Positions 1 through 7,748 of a DNA stretch of 12,592 bases are shown here, piece after piece. Source of the stretch: Candidatus Methylomirabilia bacterium. GTDB taxonomy: Bacteria > Methylomirabilota > Methylomirabilia > Rokubacteriales > CSP1-6. Location: positions 1 through 12,592 of the forward strand of contig JBHIBG010000081.1 in the NCBI GenBank assembly GCA_046758965.1. Reading direction: 5' to 3'. The notes below the pieces were generated by a model. That model made no database searches. It was not told the DNA's origin and saw only the letters and a program-made list of their open reading frames with translations. Within the stretch, counting starts at the first letter, position 1. Each line of letters starts with the position of its first letter. Position numbers and translations under genes: made by a program.

Positions 1-263
1 CGCGCGGCCAAGAGGTCCAGGCTCCTCGGGGCCAGGAGGTTCAGGCTCCGCGCGGCCAGGAGGTGCAAGCCCCCCGCGGCCAGGAGATCCAGGCGCCCCG
101 GACCCTGGCGCCCCGCTCCTTTGCTGGCGCGAGGGGTGTGGTCTCGGGAAGCGCCCTTGAGAAGGCGAAGTCCCTCGTGAAGCAGGCCGAGGCCTTCTGC
201 ATGGCTGGAAAGCGTGCCAGGGCCACAGCGAAGGCCAAAGCGGCCCTCGCGATCCTGAAGTAA
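1..263 (+). CDS. Partial (5'-truncated) hypothetical protein with RGQEVQAP tandem repeats and an Ala/Lys-rich helical C-terminus
   Basis: Frame is open from nt 3 to TAA at 261-263: (RGQEVQAP)3-RGQEIQAP-RTLAPRSFAGARG...AEAFCMAGKRARATAKAKAALAILK. Repeat differences are almost all synonymous. A terminator follows. Confidence 0.85.
   Translation, partial: RGQEVQAPRGQEVQAPRGQEVQAPRGQEIQAPRTLAPRSFAGARGVVSGSALEKAKSLVKQAEAFCMAGKRARATAKAKAALAILK
3..98 (+). repeat. 24-bp coding tandem repeat, at least 4 copies
   Basis: Units at 3-26, 27-50, 51-74 and 75-98, consensus CGsGGCCArGAGrTnCArGCnCCn. The array may continue upstream of the window. Confidence 0.95.
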
Positions 264-276
264 CTGCCGCTCACTG

Positions 277-319
277 CAGAAAAGGCTCCAGGGGTGATCC
301 CCTGGAGCCTTTTCTGTTT
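277..319. terminator. Bidirectional intrinsic terminator
   Basis: Perfect 18-bp inverted repeat CAGAAAAGGCTCCAGGGG (277-294) / CCCCTGGAGCCTTTTCTG (299-316) with a TGAT loop and A/T tracts on both sides. It lies between convergent stops at 263 and 319. Confidence 0.93.
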
Positions 320-651
320 CAACCCCGCCGGCCCGCCAGAAAATGGAAGTGGATGTGATACACCACCTGACCGCCTTCAGGGCCACAATGACAATTCACC
401 CGGTAGCCCCGCTCGGCGAATCCCCTCTCTGCGCCGAGGCGCTTGGCCACCAGGAAGCAGCGCCCGAGGAGGGGGGCGTCATCGGGAGACAAGGTTGCGA
501 CGGACTCGATGTGGCGCTTGGGAATGATCAGGATGTGGAGGGGGGCCTTAGGGTAGATGTCCTTGAAGGCGAGAATGTCCTCGTCTTCGTACTCGATCTG
601 TGCGGGGCTCTGGCGCGCCACAATTCGACAGAAGAGGCACTCCGTCGTCAT
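319..651 (-). CDS. hinT: Histidine triad (HIT) nucleotide-binding protein, HinT/PKCI type
   Basis: N-terminal CLFC, AFKDIYPKAPLHILIIPKRH, and GQVVYHIHFH (HxHxH triad). GAGGA RBS upstream. 110 aa. Confidence 0.93.
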   Translation of the reverse strand: MTTECLFCRIVARQSPAQIEYEDEDILAFKDIYPKAPLHILIIPKRHIESVATLSPDDAPLLGRCFLVAKRLGAERGFAERGYRVNCHCGPEGGQVVYHIHFHFLAGRRG

Positions 652-711
652 CGGATCCGTTCCTCGAGGCCGGAAGGCCGAAACAGGTTCCTGTGCGAAG
701 TCGTGACCTGC

Positions 712-740
712 ACGATACGCAGGCCCTCGAGAGATGGCAA
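712..740 (-). promoter_or_regulatory. Putative sigma70 promoter for the HIT gene
   Basis: Minus strand TTGCCA (740-735), 17-nt spacer, TATCGT (717-712). Confidence 0.5.
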
Positions 741-764
741 GTGCGGCACGATCGTGTATACTAT
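735..764 (+). promoter_or_regulatory. Putative sigma70 promoter for the 33-aa ORF
   Basis: TGGCAA (735-740), then TATACT (757-762, 16-nt spacer) or TACTAT (759-764, 18-nt spacer). The spacer contains the palindrome CACGATCGTG (747-756). Confidence 0.45.
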
Positions 765-801
765 CGTCTCGGGTCGGGTGGACTCCTCAAGGAGATTTCC
801 C

Positions 802-903
802 ATGGGCACGTGCCGGAAGTGCAAGAAGCGTATCCGAAGGAACGGCAACCACATCAAGATCGGCCAGACGTGGGTGCACAAGGTCTGCCCGGTGAAGCGG
901 TAA
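802..903 (+). CDS. 33-aa basic zinc-finger microprotein (CxxC-x18-HxxC)
   Basis: RBS AAGGAGA (789-795), ATG at 802, TAA at 901-903. Sequence MGTCRKCKKRIRRNGNHIKIGQTWVHKVCPVKR. 31 of 33 sense codons end in G/C. It fills the gap between hinT and glk without overlap. Confidence 0.8.
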   Translation: MGTCRKCKKRIRRNGNHIKIGQTWVHKVCPVKR

Positions 904-933
904 TCCGGGATTTCTTCCCGCGCCTGCCAAGGG

Positions 934-1920
934 TCATTTCGAGCGAAGCAGATTGCCCGCGACGTGTGCAGCTCCGAGCAGCGGCGCCCGGGTGTTCAGG
1001 ACCAGGTGAACCGGAATGGATGCCATGAGCTCCGAAAGGCGTCCCTTGTCGCCGAACGCCGCGATGAAAGTTCCGTCGGCGAGCTTGGGGCGGATCTTGG
1101 GAGCAATCCCGCCGCCGATGAAGACCCCGCCGACAGCCAGTGCCTTGAGAGCGAGGTTGCCTGCCTCGGCGCCGTAGACCGACACGAAAAGGTCCAAGGC
1201 CTTCATGCAGAGCGGGTGGCCACCGGCCATCCCTACCTCGGAAATCACCGCACCGGGATCCTCCCGCTCCAGCCGGTCCCTGAGCCACTGCGGTTCGGAC
1301 CCGACTTCCCTGTCACGGAGGAAGCGGTAGATATTCGACAGGCCTGGCCCTGAAAGCACCCGCTCGTAACTGACGCGACCGAACTCCCTTCGCAGGAAAT
1401 CAAGGAGCTTCACTTCGAGAGTCGTACGGGGGGCGAAATCCGCATGCCCACCCTCGGTCGCCATCACAGCATGCTGCTCGCGGTTCCAGACGAGGATGGC
1501 TTCACCCAGCCCCGTGCCGGCAGCGATGAGAGCCATGTGTCCTTTCCGGGGCCGGCCCGCCTGGAGGGGAGTCAGGTCCTGGCTGGACAGGGTCAGGACG
1601 CCGTAGGCGGCCGCCTCCAGGTCGTTGAGCAATTTCACCCGCTGCGCCGGAATGGCCTCGGCAAGATGCTGCTCATCCACTTCCCACGGGAGGTTGGTGG
1701 TCACGCACCGTCCGTCCACGACCGCACCTGCCACGCCGAAGCAGGCGGCGGTGATCTTCGGGGAGGGTCGGTCAGCCAGGAACCGGCGGATCACCGCCTC
1801 GAGGCTGTCGAAGTCGCGGCTCGGCAACGTCGCCTCTCTGACAAGCGGAAGGCCGGGCGCAGCTTCATCGATCAGCGCGACCGCACTCTTTGTTCCGCCA
1901 ACGTCTCCGGCTAGGATCAT
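934..1920 (-). CDS. glk: Glucokinase (E. coli Glk type, non-ROK)
   Basis: Motifs ILAGDVGGTK, CFGVAG, TNLPW, LLNDLEA, AGTGLG, TEGGH, ERVLSGPG and GGGIAP. 328 aa. Confidence 0.96.
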   Translation of the reverse strand: MILAGDVGGTKSAVALIDEAAPGLPLVREATLPSRDFDSLEAVIRRFLADRPSPKITAACFGVAGAVVDGRCVTTNLPWEVDEQHLAEAIPAQRVKLLNDLEAAAYGVLTLSSQDLTPLQAGRPRKGHMALIAAGTGLGEAILVWNREQHAVMATEGGHADFAPRTTLEVKLLDFLRREFGRVSYERVLSGPGLSNIYRFLRDREVGSEPQWLRDRLEREDPGAVISEVGMAGGHPLCMKALDLFVSVYGAEAGNLALKALAVGGVFIGGGIAPKIRPKLADGTFIAAFGDKGRLSELMASIPVHLVLNTRAPLLGAAHVAGNLLRSK

Positions 1921-1942
1921 CAGCGGTCAGGGCCCCGGATCG

Positions 1943-2866
1943 CTACTTGATCGTCCCGGCGTAGATGTCGATGATGGTTCGAAGGAGTTTGAGGGCGTCG
2001 GGCTTCTTCCGCTGGAAGGAGTTCCGGCCGATGATCGAGCCAAAGCCCCCGCCGTCCCGGATCGCCCGCACCTCCTCGAAGACCACCTCGTCGCGCTCCG
2101 CCGGACCACCGGAAAAAATCACCACCCGTCGTCCATTGAAGGTCGCCTGGACCACGTGGCGCACCCGCTCCGTGGGCGTCCCCACAGGAATCCTCTCCTG
2201 CTGATAGGCCTTCTTGGCGGCCGCCTGCTCGACGTGGACCGTCGGGAGCTTCACCTTGATAATGTGCGCGCCGAGCTGGGCGGCGATGTGGGCCGCATAG
2301 GCGACCACGTCGATGGCCGTCTCGCCTTCCTTGGAGAGGGCCGACCCCCGCGCGTAGGACCAGATCACCACCACCAGACCGTACTGCTTCGCCTCCTCCG
2401 CCAGGGCCCGAATCTGGCCGTACATCTCCAGCCGGTGCATCGAGCCCGGATAGATGGTGAAGCCGATGCCGGCACACCCCAGCCGGAGGGCGTCACGCAC
2501 GCTGCCGGTGAGGGCCTGGGTGGGATCCTTCTCGTCCATGAGGACGTCGTGGTCATTCAGCTTGAGGATGAGAGGGATCTGGCCGGCAAACTCCCGCGCC
2601 CCGGCCTCGAGGAACCCCAGCGGCGCTGCGTAGGCGTTGCACCCGGCCTCAATGGCCAGCTCGAAGTGGTAGCGCGGATCGTAGGCCGGCGGGTTCTGGG
2701 CGAAGCTCCGGGCCGGCCCGTGCTCGAAGCCTTGATCTACCGGTAGAATCACGAGCCTCCCCGTTCCCGCGAGGGCGCCATGGTTCAACAGACGGGCCAG
2801 GCTGGTGAGTGTCCCGGGGTTATCGCTGCCGTACCAGCTCAAGATCTCTTTCACCCGCTCACTCAT
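1943..2866 (-). CDS. fbaB: Class I fructose-bisphosphate aldolase (FbaB/DhnA type)
   Basis: Motifs ILPVDQGFEHGP, GFTIYPGS and AAQLGAHIIKVK (Schiff-base Lys), FSGG and GSIIGRNSFQR. GGAGG lies 6 nt before the ATG at 2866. Confidence 0.95.
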   Translation of the reverse strand: MSERVKEILSWYGSDNPGTLTSLARLLNHGALAGTGRLVILPVDQGFEHGPARSFAQNPPAYDPRYHFELAIEAGCNAYAAPLGFLEAGAREFAGQIPLILKLNDHDVLMDEKDPTQALTGSVRDALRLGCAGIGFTIYPGSMHRLEMYGQIRALAEEAKQYGLVVVIWSYARGSALSKEGETAIDVVAYAAHIAAQLGAHIIKVKLPTVHVEQAAAKKAYQQERIPVGTPTERVRHVVQATFNGRRVVIFSGGPAERDEVVFEEVRAIRDGGGFGSIIGRNSFQRKKPDALKLLRTIIDIYAGTIK

Positions 2867-2886
2867 GGACAACCTCCTGCGTCGAT

Positions 2887-3891
2887 TCAGCGACGCCCTG
2901 CGATGAACTCCTCAGCCAGCATCACGTCCTCAGGGCTCCCGATCAGCAGAGGCACCCGCTGGTGGTAGGAGGTGGGGAAGATTTCAAGGATCCGCTCGCT
3001 GCCGCTGCTGGCTTTCCCCCCGGCCTGCTCGACGACGAATCCCATGGGCGCGGCCTCGTAGAGCAGCCGGAGCTTGCCGGTGGGCTTCCCGCCCGCCACG
3101 GCATCGGCCGGATAGAGGAAGATGCCGCCCTCCAGGAGCGTCCGGTGAAAGTCGGCGACGAGGGACCCGACGTAGCGCGCGGTGTAGGGCCGGCCCGTAG
3201 CGAGGTCCGCCGTCCTGAGGTACTCGATGTAGCGCCGGATGCTGGGATCCCATCGCGGAGCGTTCCCTTCGTTGACGCTGTAAGTCCAGCCGCGGGCAGG
3301 GATTTGGATATGCTGATGGGACCGCATGAACTCGCCCACGGTGGGGTCGAGGGTGAAGCCGTGGACCCCGTTGCCAGCGGTATATATCAGCATTGTGCCG
3401 GGCCCATACATGATGTATCCCGCAGCCACCTGAGCTGTCCCCGGCTGAAGCGTGTCTGCCGCCACGTGGTCCGCCCCCCAAGCCCGGCGCCGCTTTATCG
3501 AAAAAACCGTGCCAACAATCCCGTTGACGTCGAGGTTGGAAGAGCCGTCCACCGGATCGAAACAGACGACATAGCGCGCCCTCCTACACTGTCGGGCCAG
3601 GTGCAGAGGCTCGGCGATCTCCTCTGAGACGAGCGTGCAGACGAGCCCCGTGACCTCCAGGGCGCTCACCACCACCTCGTTGGCCCACAGGTCCAGCTTT
3701 TTTACCGCCTCGCCCTGCACGTTGGTCTCACCGGTGGTGCCGAGCTGGCCCGCCACGGCCGCGCGGGCCAGCTCCCGCGCAATCAGCTTGCCAGCCAGGG
3801 CCAACTGGGTCAGGACGATGGCGAGGTCGTCTGCCTCCTCGCCGCCGGTGTTCCGAATGTGATGGGCGAGCGTCAGAGTGACTTCGCTCAC
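2887..3891 (-). CDS. fbp: Class I fructose-1,6-bisphosphatase
   Basis: Motifs NVQGE..KKLD, SEE, FDPVDGSSN, RYVGSLVADFHRTL and GKLRLLYEA. Start placed at GTG 3891, preceded by GGAG. The longer track ORF overlaps gnd. Confidence 0.95.
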   Translation of the reverse strand: MSEVTLTLAHHIRNTGGEEADDLAIVLTQLALAGKLIARELARAAVAGQLGTTGETNVQGEAVKKLDLWANEVVVSALEVTGLVCTLVSEEIAEPLHLARQCRRARYVVCFDPVDGSSNLDVNGIVGTVFSIKRRRAWGADHVAADTLQPGTAQVAAGYIMYGPGTMLIYTAGNGVHGFTLDPTVGEFMRSHQHIQIPARGWTYSVNEGNAPRWDPSIRRYIEYLRTADLATGRPYTARYVGSLVADFHRTLLEGGIFLYPADAVAGGKPTGKLRLLYEAAPMGFVVEQAGGKASSGSERILEIFPTSYHQRVPLLIGSPEDVMLAEEFIAGRR

Positions 3892-3937
3892 GCTGGATGC
3901 TCCGCCGTGCTGGGCTGGCTGGCTGCTGCCATCGCTC

Positions 3938-4843
3938 CTACCCCTCCCGCGTCCGCTGAACCGCGTGCCCGCCAAAAGCGTTCCGGAGCGCCGCCAGCAG
4001 CTTGTCGGCGTATGACTCGGGCTGGCGCGAGCGGAACCGGGTGAAGAGCGACAGCGTGATGGTCGGAGCCGGCACATCTTTCTCGATGGCGTCGAAGATC
4101 GTCCAGCGTCCTTCCCCCGAGTCCTCCACATGCCCCTTGACGCCGGTAAGGTGTGGGTCTCCCTCGAGCGCCAGTTCGGTCAGTTCCAAGAGCCACGACC
4201 GGATCACGCTACCCTGGTTCCAGAGGTGGGCGATGGCCTGAAGGTCGAGGGCGAAGTCGCTCTTGTGCATGAGCTCGAACCCCTCTGCGTAAGCCTGCAT
4301 CATGCCGTACTCAACCCCGTTGTGGATCATCTTGACGTAGTGCCCCGCCCCGTGGGTGCCCATATAGCCGTAGCCATCGGGGGGGGCGAGGCTCTTGAGA
4401 ATCGGCTCCAGGCGACGGAAGATCTGACGCTCACCCCCGATCATCAGGCAGTACCCGACCTTGAGCCCCCAGACCCCGCCGCTAGTCCCCGCATCCAGGT
4501 AATGGATACCCCTGGACCGGAGCTCGGCGGCGCGCCGGGCATCGTCCTTGTAGTACGAATTCCCGCCGTCGATGATGACGTCATCAGCCTTCAGCAGTTG
4601 ACTCAGGTCCCTGACCGTCTGCTGGGTGGGCATCCCGGCTGGGACCATGACCCATGTGGCACGCGGGGGAGCCAGCTGCTTCACCAGCTCCTCCAGGGAC
4701 GCGGCTCCCGCGGCGCCGTGTGCGACGGATTCCTTCACCTTGTCGGCATCGCGATCGTACGTGACCACCCGGTGCTGCTCCCCTTGAAGCCGTCTCACCA
4801 TGTTCATCCCCATCCGACCGAGCCCGACAAATCCGATCTCCAT
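3938..4843 (-). CDS. gnd: 6-phosphogluconate dehydrogenase (decarboxylating), short YqeC/GntZ-like type
   Basis: Motifs GLGRMG, MVPAG, IIDGGNS, DAGTSGG, GHYVKMIHNGVEYG, DSGEGRWT and RNAFGGH. AAGGAGG lies 7 nt before the ATG at 4843. 301 aa. Confidence 0.96.
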   Translation of the reverse strand: MEIGFVGLGRMGMNMVRRLQGEQHRVVTYDRDADKVKESVAHGAAGAASLEELVKQLAPPRATWVMVPAGMPTQQTVRDLSQLLKADDVIIDGGNSYYKDDARRAAELRSRGIHYLDAGTSGGVWGLKVGYCLMIGGERQIFRRLEPILKSLAPPDGYGYMGTHGAGHYVKMIHNGVEYGMMQAYAEGFELMHKSDFALDLQAIAHLWNQGSVIRSWLLELTELALEGDPHLTGVKGHVEDSGEGRWTIFDAIEKDVPAPTITLSLFTRFRSRQPESYADKLLAALRNAFGGHAVQRTREG

Positions 4844-4856
4844 GGTCACCCCTCCT

Positions 4857-7739
4857 TCAACGGCCCGGGGCTACCGGCTCTCCCCTCGACTGCCGGAGGA
4901 CGTTCTCTATCACTGTACAGATGCGGTCCAGCACTGTCGAGTCAGGTCGTGGCAGATGGATATGGACCGCCCGCCGGCCTGCAGCCTGCAACGACTCAAA
5001 GTCCCCCAGCGCCTGTGCCAGCTCGAGGATCCCGAAGGAGTAGTTCTCGCCGGGGATCGCCACGTCAGTTGCCGGATTCGCGGTGAAGAGCAGGAATACC
5101 CCGGAGCTCTGTCCGCCCTTGTGAAGCTGGCCGGTGGAGTGAAGGTAGCGGGGGCCGTAGCCGAACATGGTTGCGACCCGTGCGCGATTCCGGAGCGTCA
5201 GGCGCAGGGCGGCCAGTCGCTCCTCCAGGCCGGCGTCGAACGGGAAGTACGCGAGCAGCCCGATGTAGTCTCCAGGTTGGATCAGTTCCAGGAATCGTCT
5301 CAGAACCTGAACGGCGTCCGCGTCCGGGTCGGCGATCTTATCCGAAATCACCGAATCAAAAGTCAACCCGATCCCGTCGACAGTGAGGCGAGGCGGCGGG
5401 GCTAGCAGCCGGCCTTCGAGGGCGTATCGGCCCAGCAGGACCCTGGTGGCGTCCTTGGCCTGCTGGACGTTCGGCTCATCGAACGGATTGATCCCCAGGA
5501 GGGCCCCCGCCGTGGCCGTCGCGATCTCCCAGCGGATGAACTCAGCCCCGATCCCCAGCGGCTCAACCAGCCGGATGTTGACGATCGGGTAGCCGGCGGC
5601 ACGCAACCGCTCGACCTTCCCGTCCCGATCGTGCTCTTCGGGATCTCCGCCGTGCAGGCGGAGACGCACGAACAGCCGATCGTCACCGTACAGCTCGGGC
5701 ATCCCGAGGGGCTCCCCAGCAATGGGCACGATCCCCGTCCCCCGTTTTCCGGTGGACTCGGCGATGAGCTGCTCGATCCAGGAGCCAAACGGACGGAGCT
5801 TTGGCCCGGTGATCAGGGTGAGCTTGTCCAGCCCGCTACGCACGGCGCTCCCCATGACAATCCCAAGGGCCGCCCCCGGGTTCTGGGCGATGGCGGTCGT
5901 CGGACCGCACAGGAGGGCCATGCCTCGGCTCCACGCCAGAAGCCCGGCGACGTCCAGCCCCATGAGGGCTGCAGGCACCAACCCGAAGAAGGAAAGGGCC
6001 GAGTAGCGCCCGCCGATATCCGCCGGGTTGACGAAGACCTCGCGATATCCGTCTTGCAGCGCCTGCTCGTGCAGCGGTGTCCCCTCGTCGGTGATCGCCA
6101 CCAGATGCTTGGCCGGTTGTGACACCCCGGCGGCCTTCAACCGCTCCCGAAAATACGCCGCCAGGGCGTTCGGCTCGATCGTGGTGCCCGACTTGCTCGC
6201 GACCAAGAAGAGCGTCTCGCGGATCGGGACGCTGCGCTCCGTCGCCAGGATGGCGGCGGGGTCGGTGGAGTCGAGCATGGTGAAAGCGGGAGACCCGGGC
6301 TGGACGCCCAGCACGGCGCGCATCACCTCGGGCGCGAGGCTCGAGCCACCCATCCCGAGAAGCACGATCTGTCGGAAACCCTCGGCGCGCACGGCGGCCG
6401 CGAACCGCTTCAGCCGGGGGAGCTCCTTGACCATGAGCTCCGGGGACTCGAGCCACCCCAAGCGGTTGGCGATCCGCTTCTGCTCCGGTGGGTCCTCGGA
6501 CCAAAGATCGGGCCGCTTGGCCCACATCCCCTTGACGAACCCGGTGAGCTGGAGCTCCACGTTGTACCGGTCAAGCTCTTTCCCGAGACCGGCCCCGGCG
6601 ATCTCGTACCGGCCCTTGAGGAGAGCGACCTTGCGCTTGGTATCGATCCCCAGCATCAGGGCATCGAAGGAGTCCTCGAAGGCCTTCAGTCCATCCGCCT
6701 TGAGCTGCGCGTAGATGGCATGCAAGTCAACGCCTCCTGCCTCTAGCTCGCTGAACACGCGGCGGGCACCGTCCAGGTCCTGATCGACCGTCGGGCGGGC
6801 ACGGCCATGGTCGCGGAAGGCGGCCAGCGCCCCCGGCGGCATGGTGTTGACCGTGTCGGGGCCGACCAGCTCCTCGATGTACAGGACGTCGCTGTACTTC
6901 GGGTTCTTGGTGCCGGTGGACGCCCACAGCGGCCGCTGGCGCCGGGCGCCCTTGGCCTCGAGAACCTCAAACGCCGCACTTCCAAACAACTCCTTGAACC
7001 GCTGGTAGGCGAGCTTGGCGTTGGCGATGGCGGCCTTCCCCTTGAGGGCGTCGAGGCGCCGTTTGGCCTCGGGATCTCGCGCTGCGGCAACGAGCCGGTC
7101 GAGCTCCTTATCCGCTGCGGTATCGATGCGACTCACAAAAAAGCTGGCGACTGAGGCGACCCTGCGGAGGTCTCCACCCTTCGCCAGCCGGTCCTTCAGG
7201 CCATCGAGATAGGCCCTCGCCGCGGCTTCGTAATCCGCGATGGAGAAGAGGAGGGTCACATTGACATTCACCCCCTCACCGATGAGGCGCCGGATGGCGG
7301 TGAAGCCGGCGGTGGTACCGGGGACCTTAATCATGACGTTGTCCCGGTCCAGAAGCTTCCACAAGCTCAGGGCCTCGTTCACCGTGCCGTCGGCATCGTG
7401 GGCAAGGGACGGTGACACCTCGAGGCTGACGTAGCCATCCCCGCCCCGCGTTGCCTGGTAGACCGAGTGCAGGATGTCGGCCGCTTCGGCAATGTCGGCC
7501 GTAACCACGCGCAGGTAGATCTCCCTCGCGGACATGTTGCGGCGCGCGAGGAGCGCGATCTCCTCGTCGTAGGCGTCTGTCCTGTTCACCGCCTGCTCGA
7601 GGATCGTGGGGTTGGAGGTGACGCCAGCCAGTCCGTCCCGTGAGATCAGGCGAAGCAGCTCGCCGGAGGCGAGCAGGCGCCGGCTCATGAAGTCATACCA
7701 GACGCTCTGGCCGTATTGCCGGAGATCGATCAGCGCCAT
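4857..7739 (-). CDS. tal: Bifunctional transaldolase / glucose-6-phosphate isomerase fusion
   Basis: Tal half: GVTSNPTI, VSLEVSP, NVMIKVPGT, NVTLLFS, SVASFFVSR, LWASTGTK. Pgi half: GMGGSSL, SKSGTTIE, DIGGRYSALS, EQLIAESTGK, NPFDEPNV, GPRYLHSTGQLHKGG. AGGAGG RBS. 960 aa with no internal stop. Confidence 0.96.
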   Translation of the reverse strand: MALIDLRQYGQSVWYDFMSRRLLASGELLRLISRDGLAGVTSNPTILEQAVNRTDAYDEEIALLARRNMSAREIYLRVVTADIAEAADILHSVYQATRGGDGYVSLEVSPSLAHDADGTVNEALSLWKLLDRDNVMIKVPGTTAGFTAIRRLIGEGVNVNVTLLFSIADYEAAARAYLDGLKDRLAKGGDLRRVASVASFFVSRIDTAADKELDRLVAAARDPEAKRRLDALKGKAAIANAKLAYQRFKELFGSAAFEVLEAKGARRQRPLWASTGTKNPKYSDVLYIEELVGPDTVNTMPPGALAAFRDHGRARPTVDQDLDGARRVFSELEAGGVDLHAIYAQLKADGLKAFEDSFDALMLGIDTKRKVALLKGRYEIAGAGLGKELDRYNVELQLTGFVKGMWAKRPDLWSEDPPEQKRIANRLGWLESPELMVKELPRLKRFAAAVRAEGFRQIVLLGMGGSSLAPEVMRAVLGVQPGSPAFTMLDSTDPAAILATERSVPIRETLFLVASKSGTTIEPNALAAYFRERLKAAGVSQPAKHLVAITDEGTPLHEQALQDGYREVFVNPADIGGRYSALSFFGLVPAALMGLDVAGLLAWSRGMALLCGPTTAIAQNPGAALGIVMGSAVRSGLDKLTLITGPKLRPFGSWIEQLIAESTGKRGTGIVPIAGEPLGMPELYGDDRLFVRLRLHGGDPEEHDRDGKVERLRAAGYPIVNIRLVEPLGIGAEFIRWEIATATAGALLGINPFDEPNVQQAKDATRVLLGRYALEGRLLAPPPRLTVDGIGLTFDSVISDKIADPDADAVQVLRRFLELIQPGDYIGLLAYFPFDAGLEERLAALRLTLRNRARVATMFGYGPRYLHSTGQLHKGGQSSGVFLLFTANPATDVAIPGENYSFGILELAQALGDFESLQAAGRRAVHIHLPRPDSTVLDRICTVIENVLRQSRGEPVAPGR

Positions 7740-7748
7740 CTCTCCCTC

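Noticed and set aside
3..98. Repeat considered as a CRISPR array
   Set aside because: Units are contiguous with no spacers, and variation is codon-structured.
343..903. 186-aa plus-strand ORF
   Set aside because: Mostly antisense to hinT. Only the last 33 codons have an RBS and protein-like motif, and these are called separately.
906..920. CGGGA/TCCCG hairpin between the microprotein and glk stops
   Set aside because: Only 5 bp with no following U tract, too weak to call a terminator.
1625..2746. Long antisense ORFs (also 2809-3627, 4130-5086, 9260-10072, 11409-12368)
   Set aside because: Shadow frames expected opposite high-GC3 genes. No motifs or RBS support.
3892..4131. N-terminal extension of fbp
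   Set aside because: Overlaps the gnd 3' end in another frame. GTG 3891 with an RBS fits the family length.
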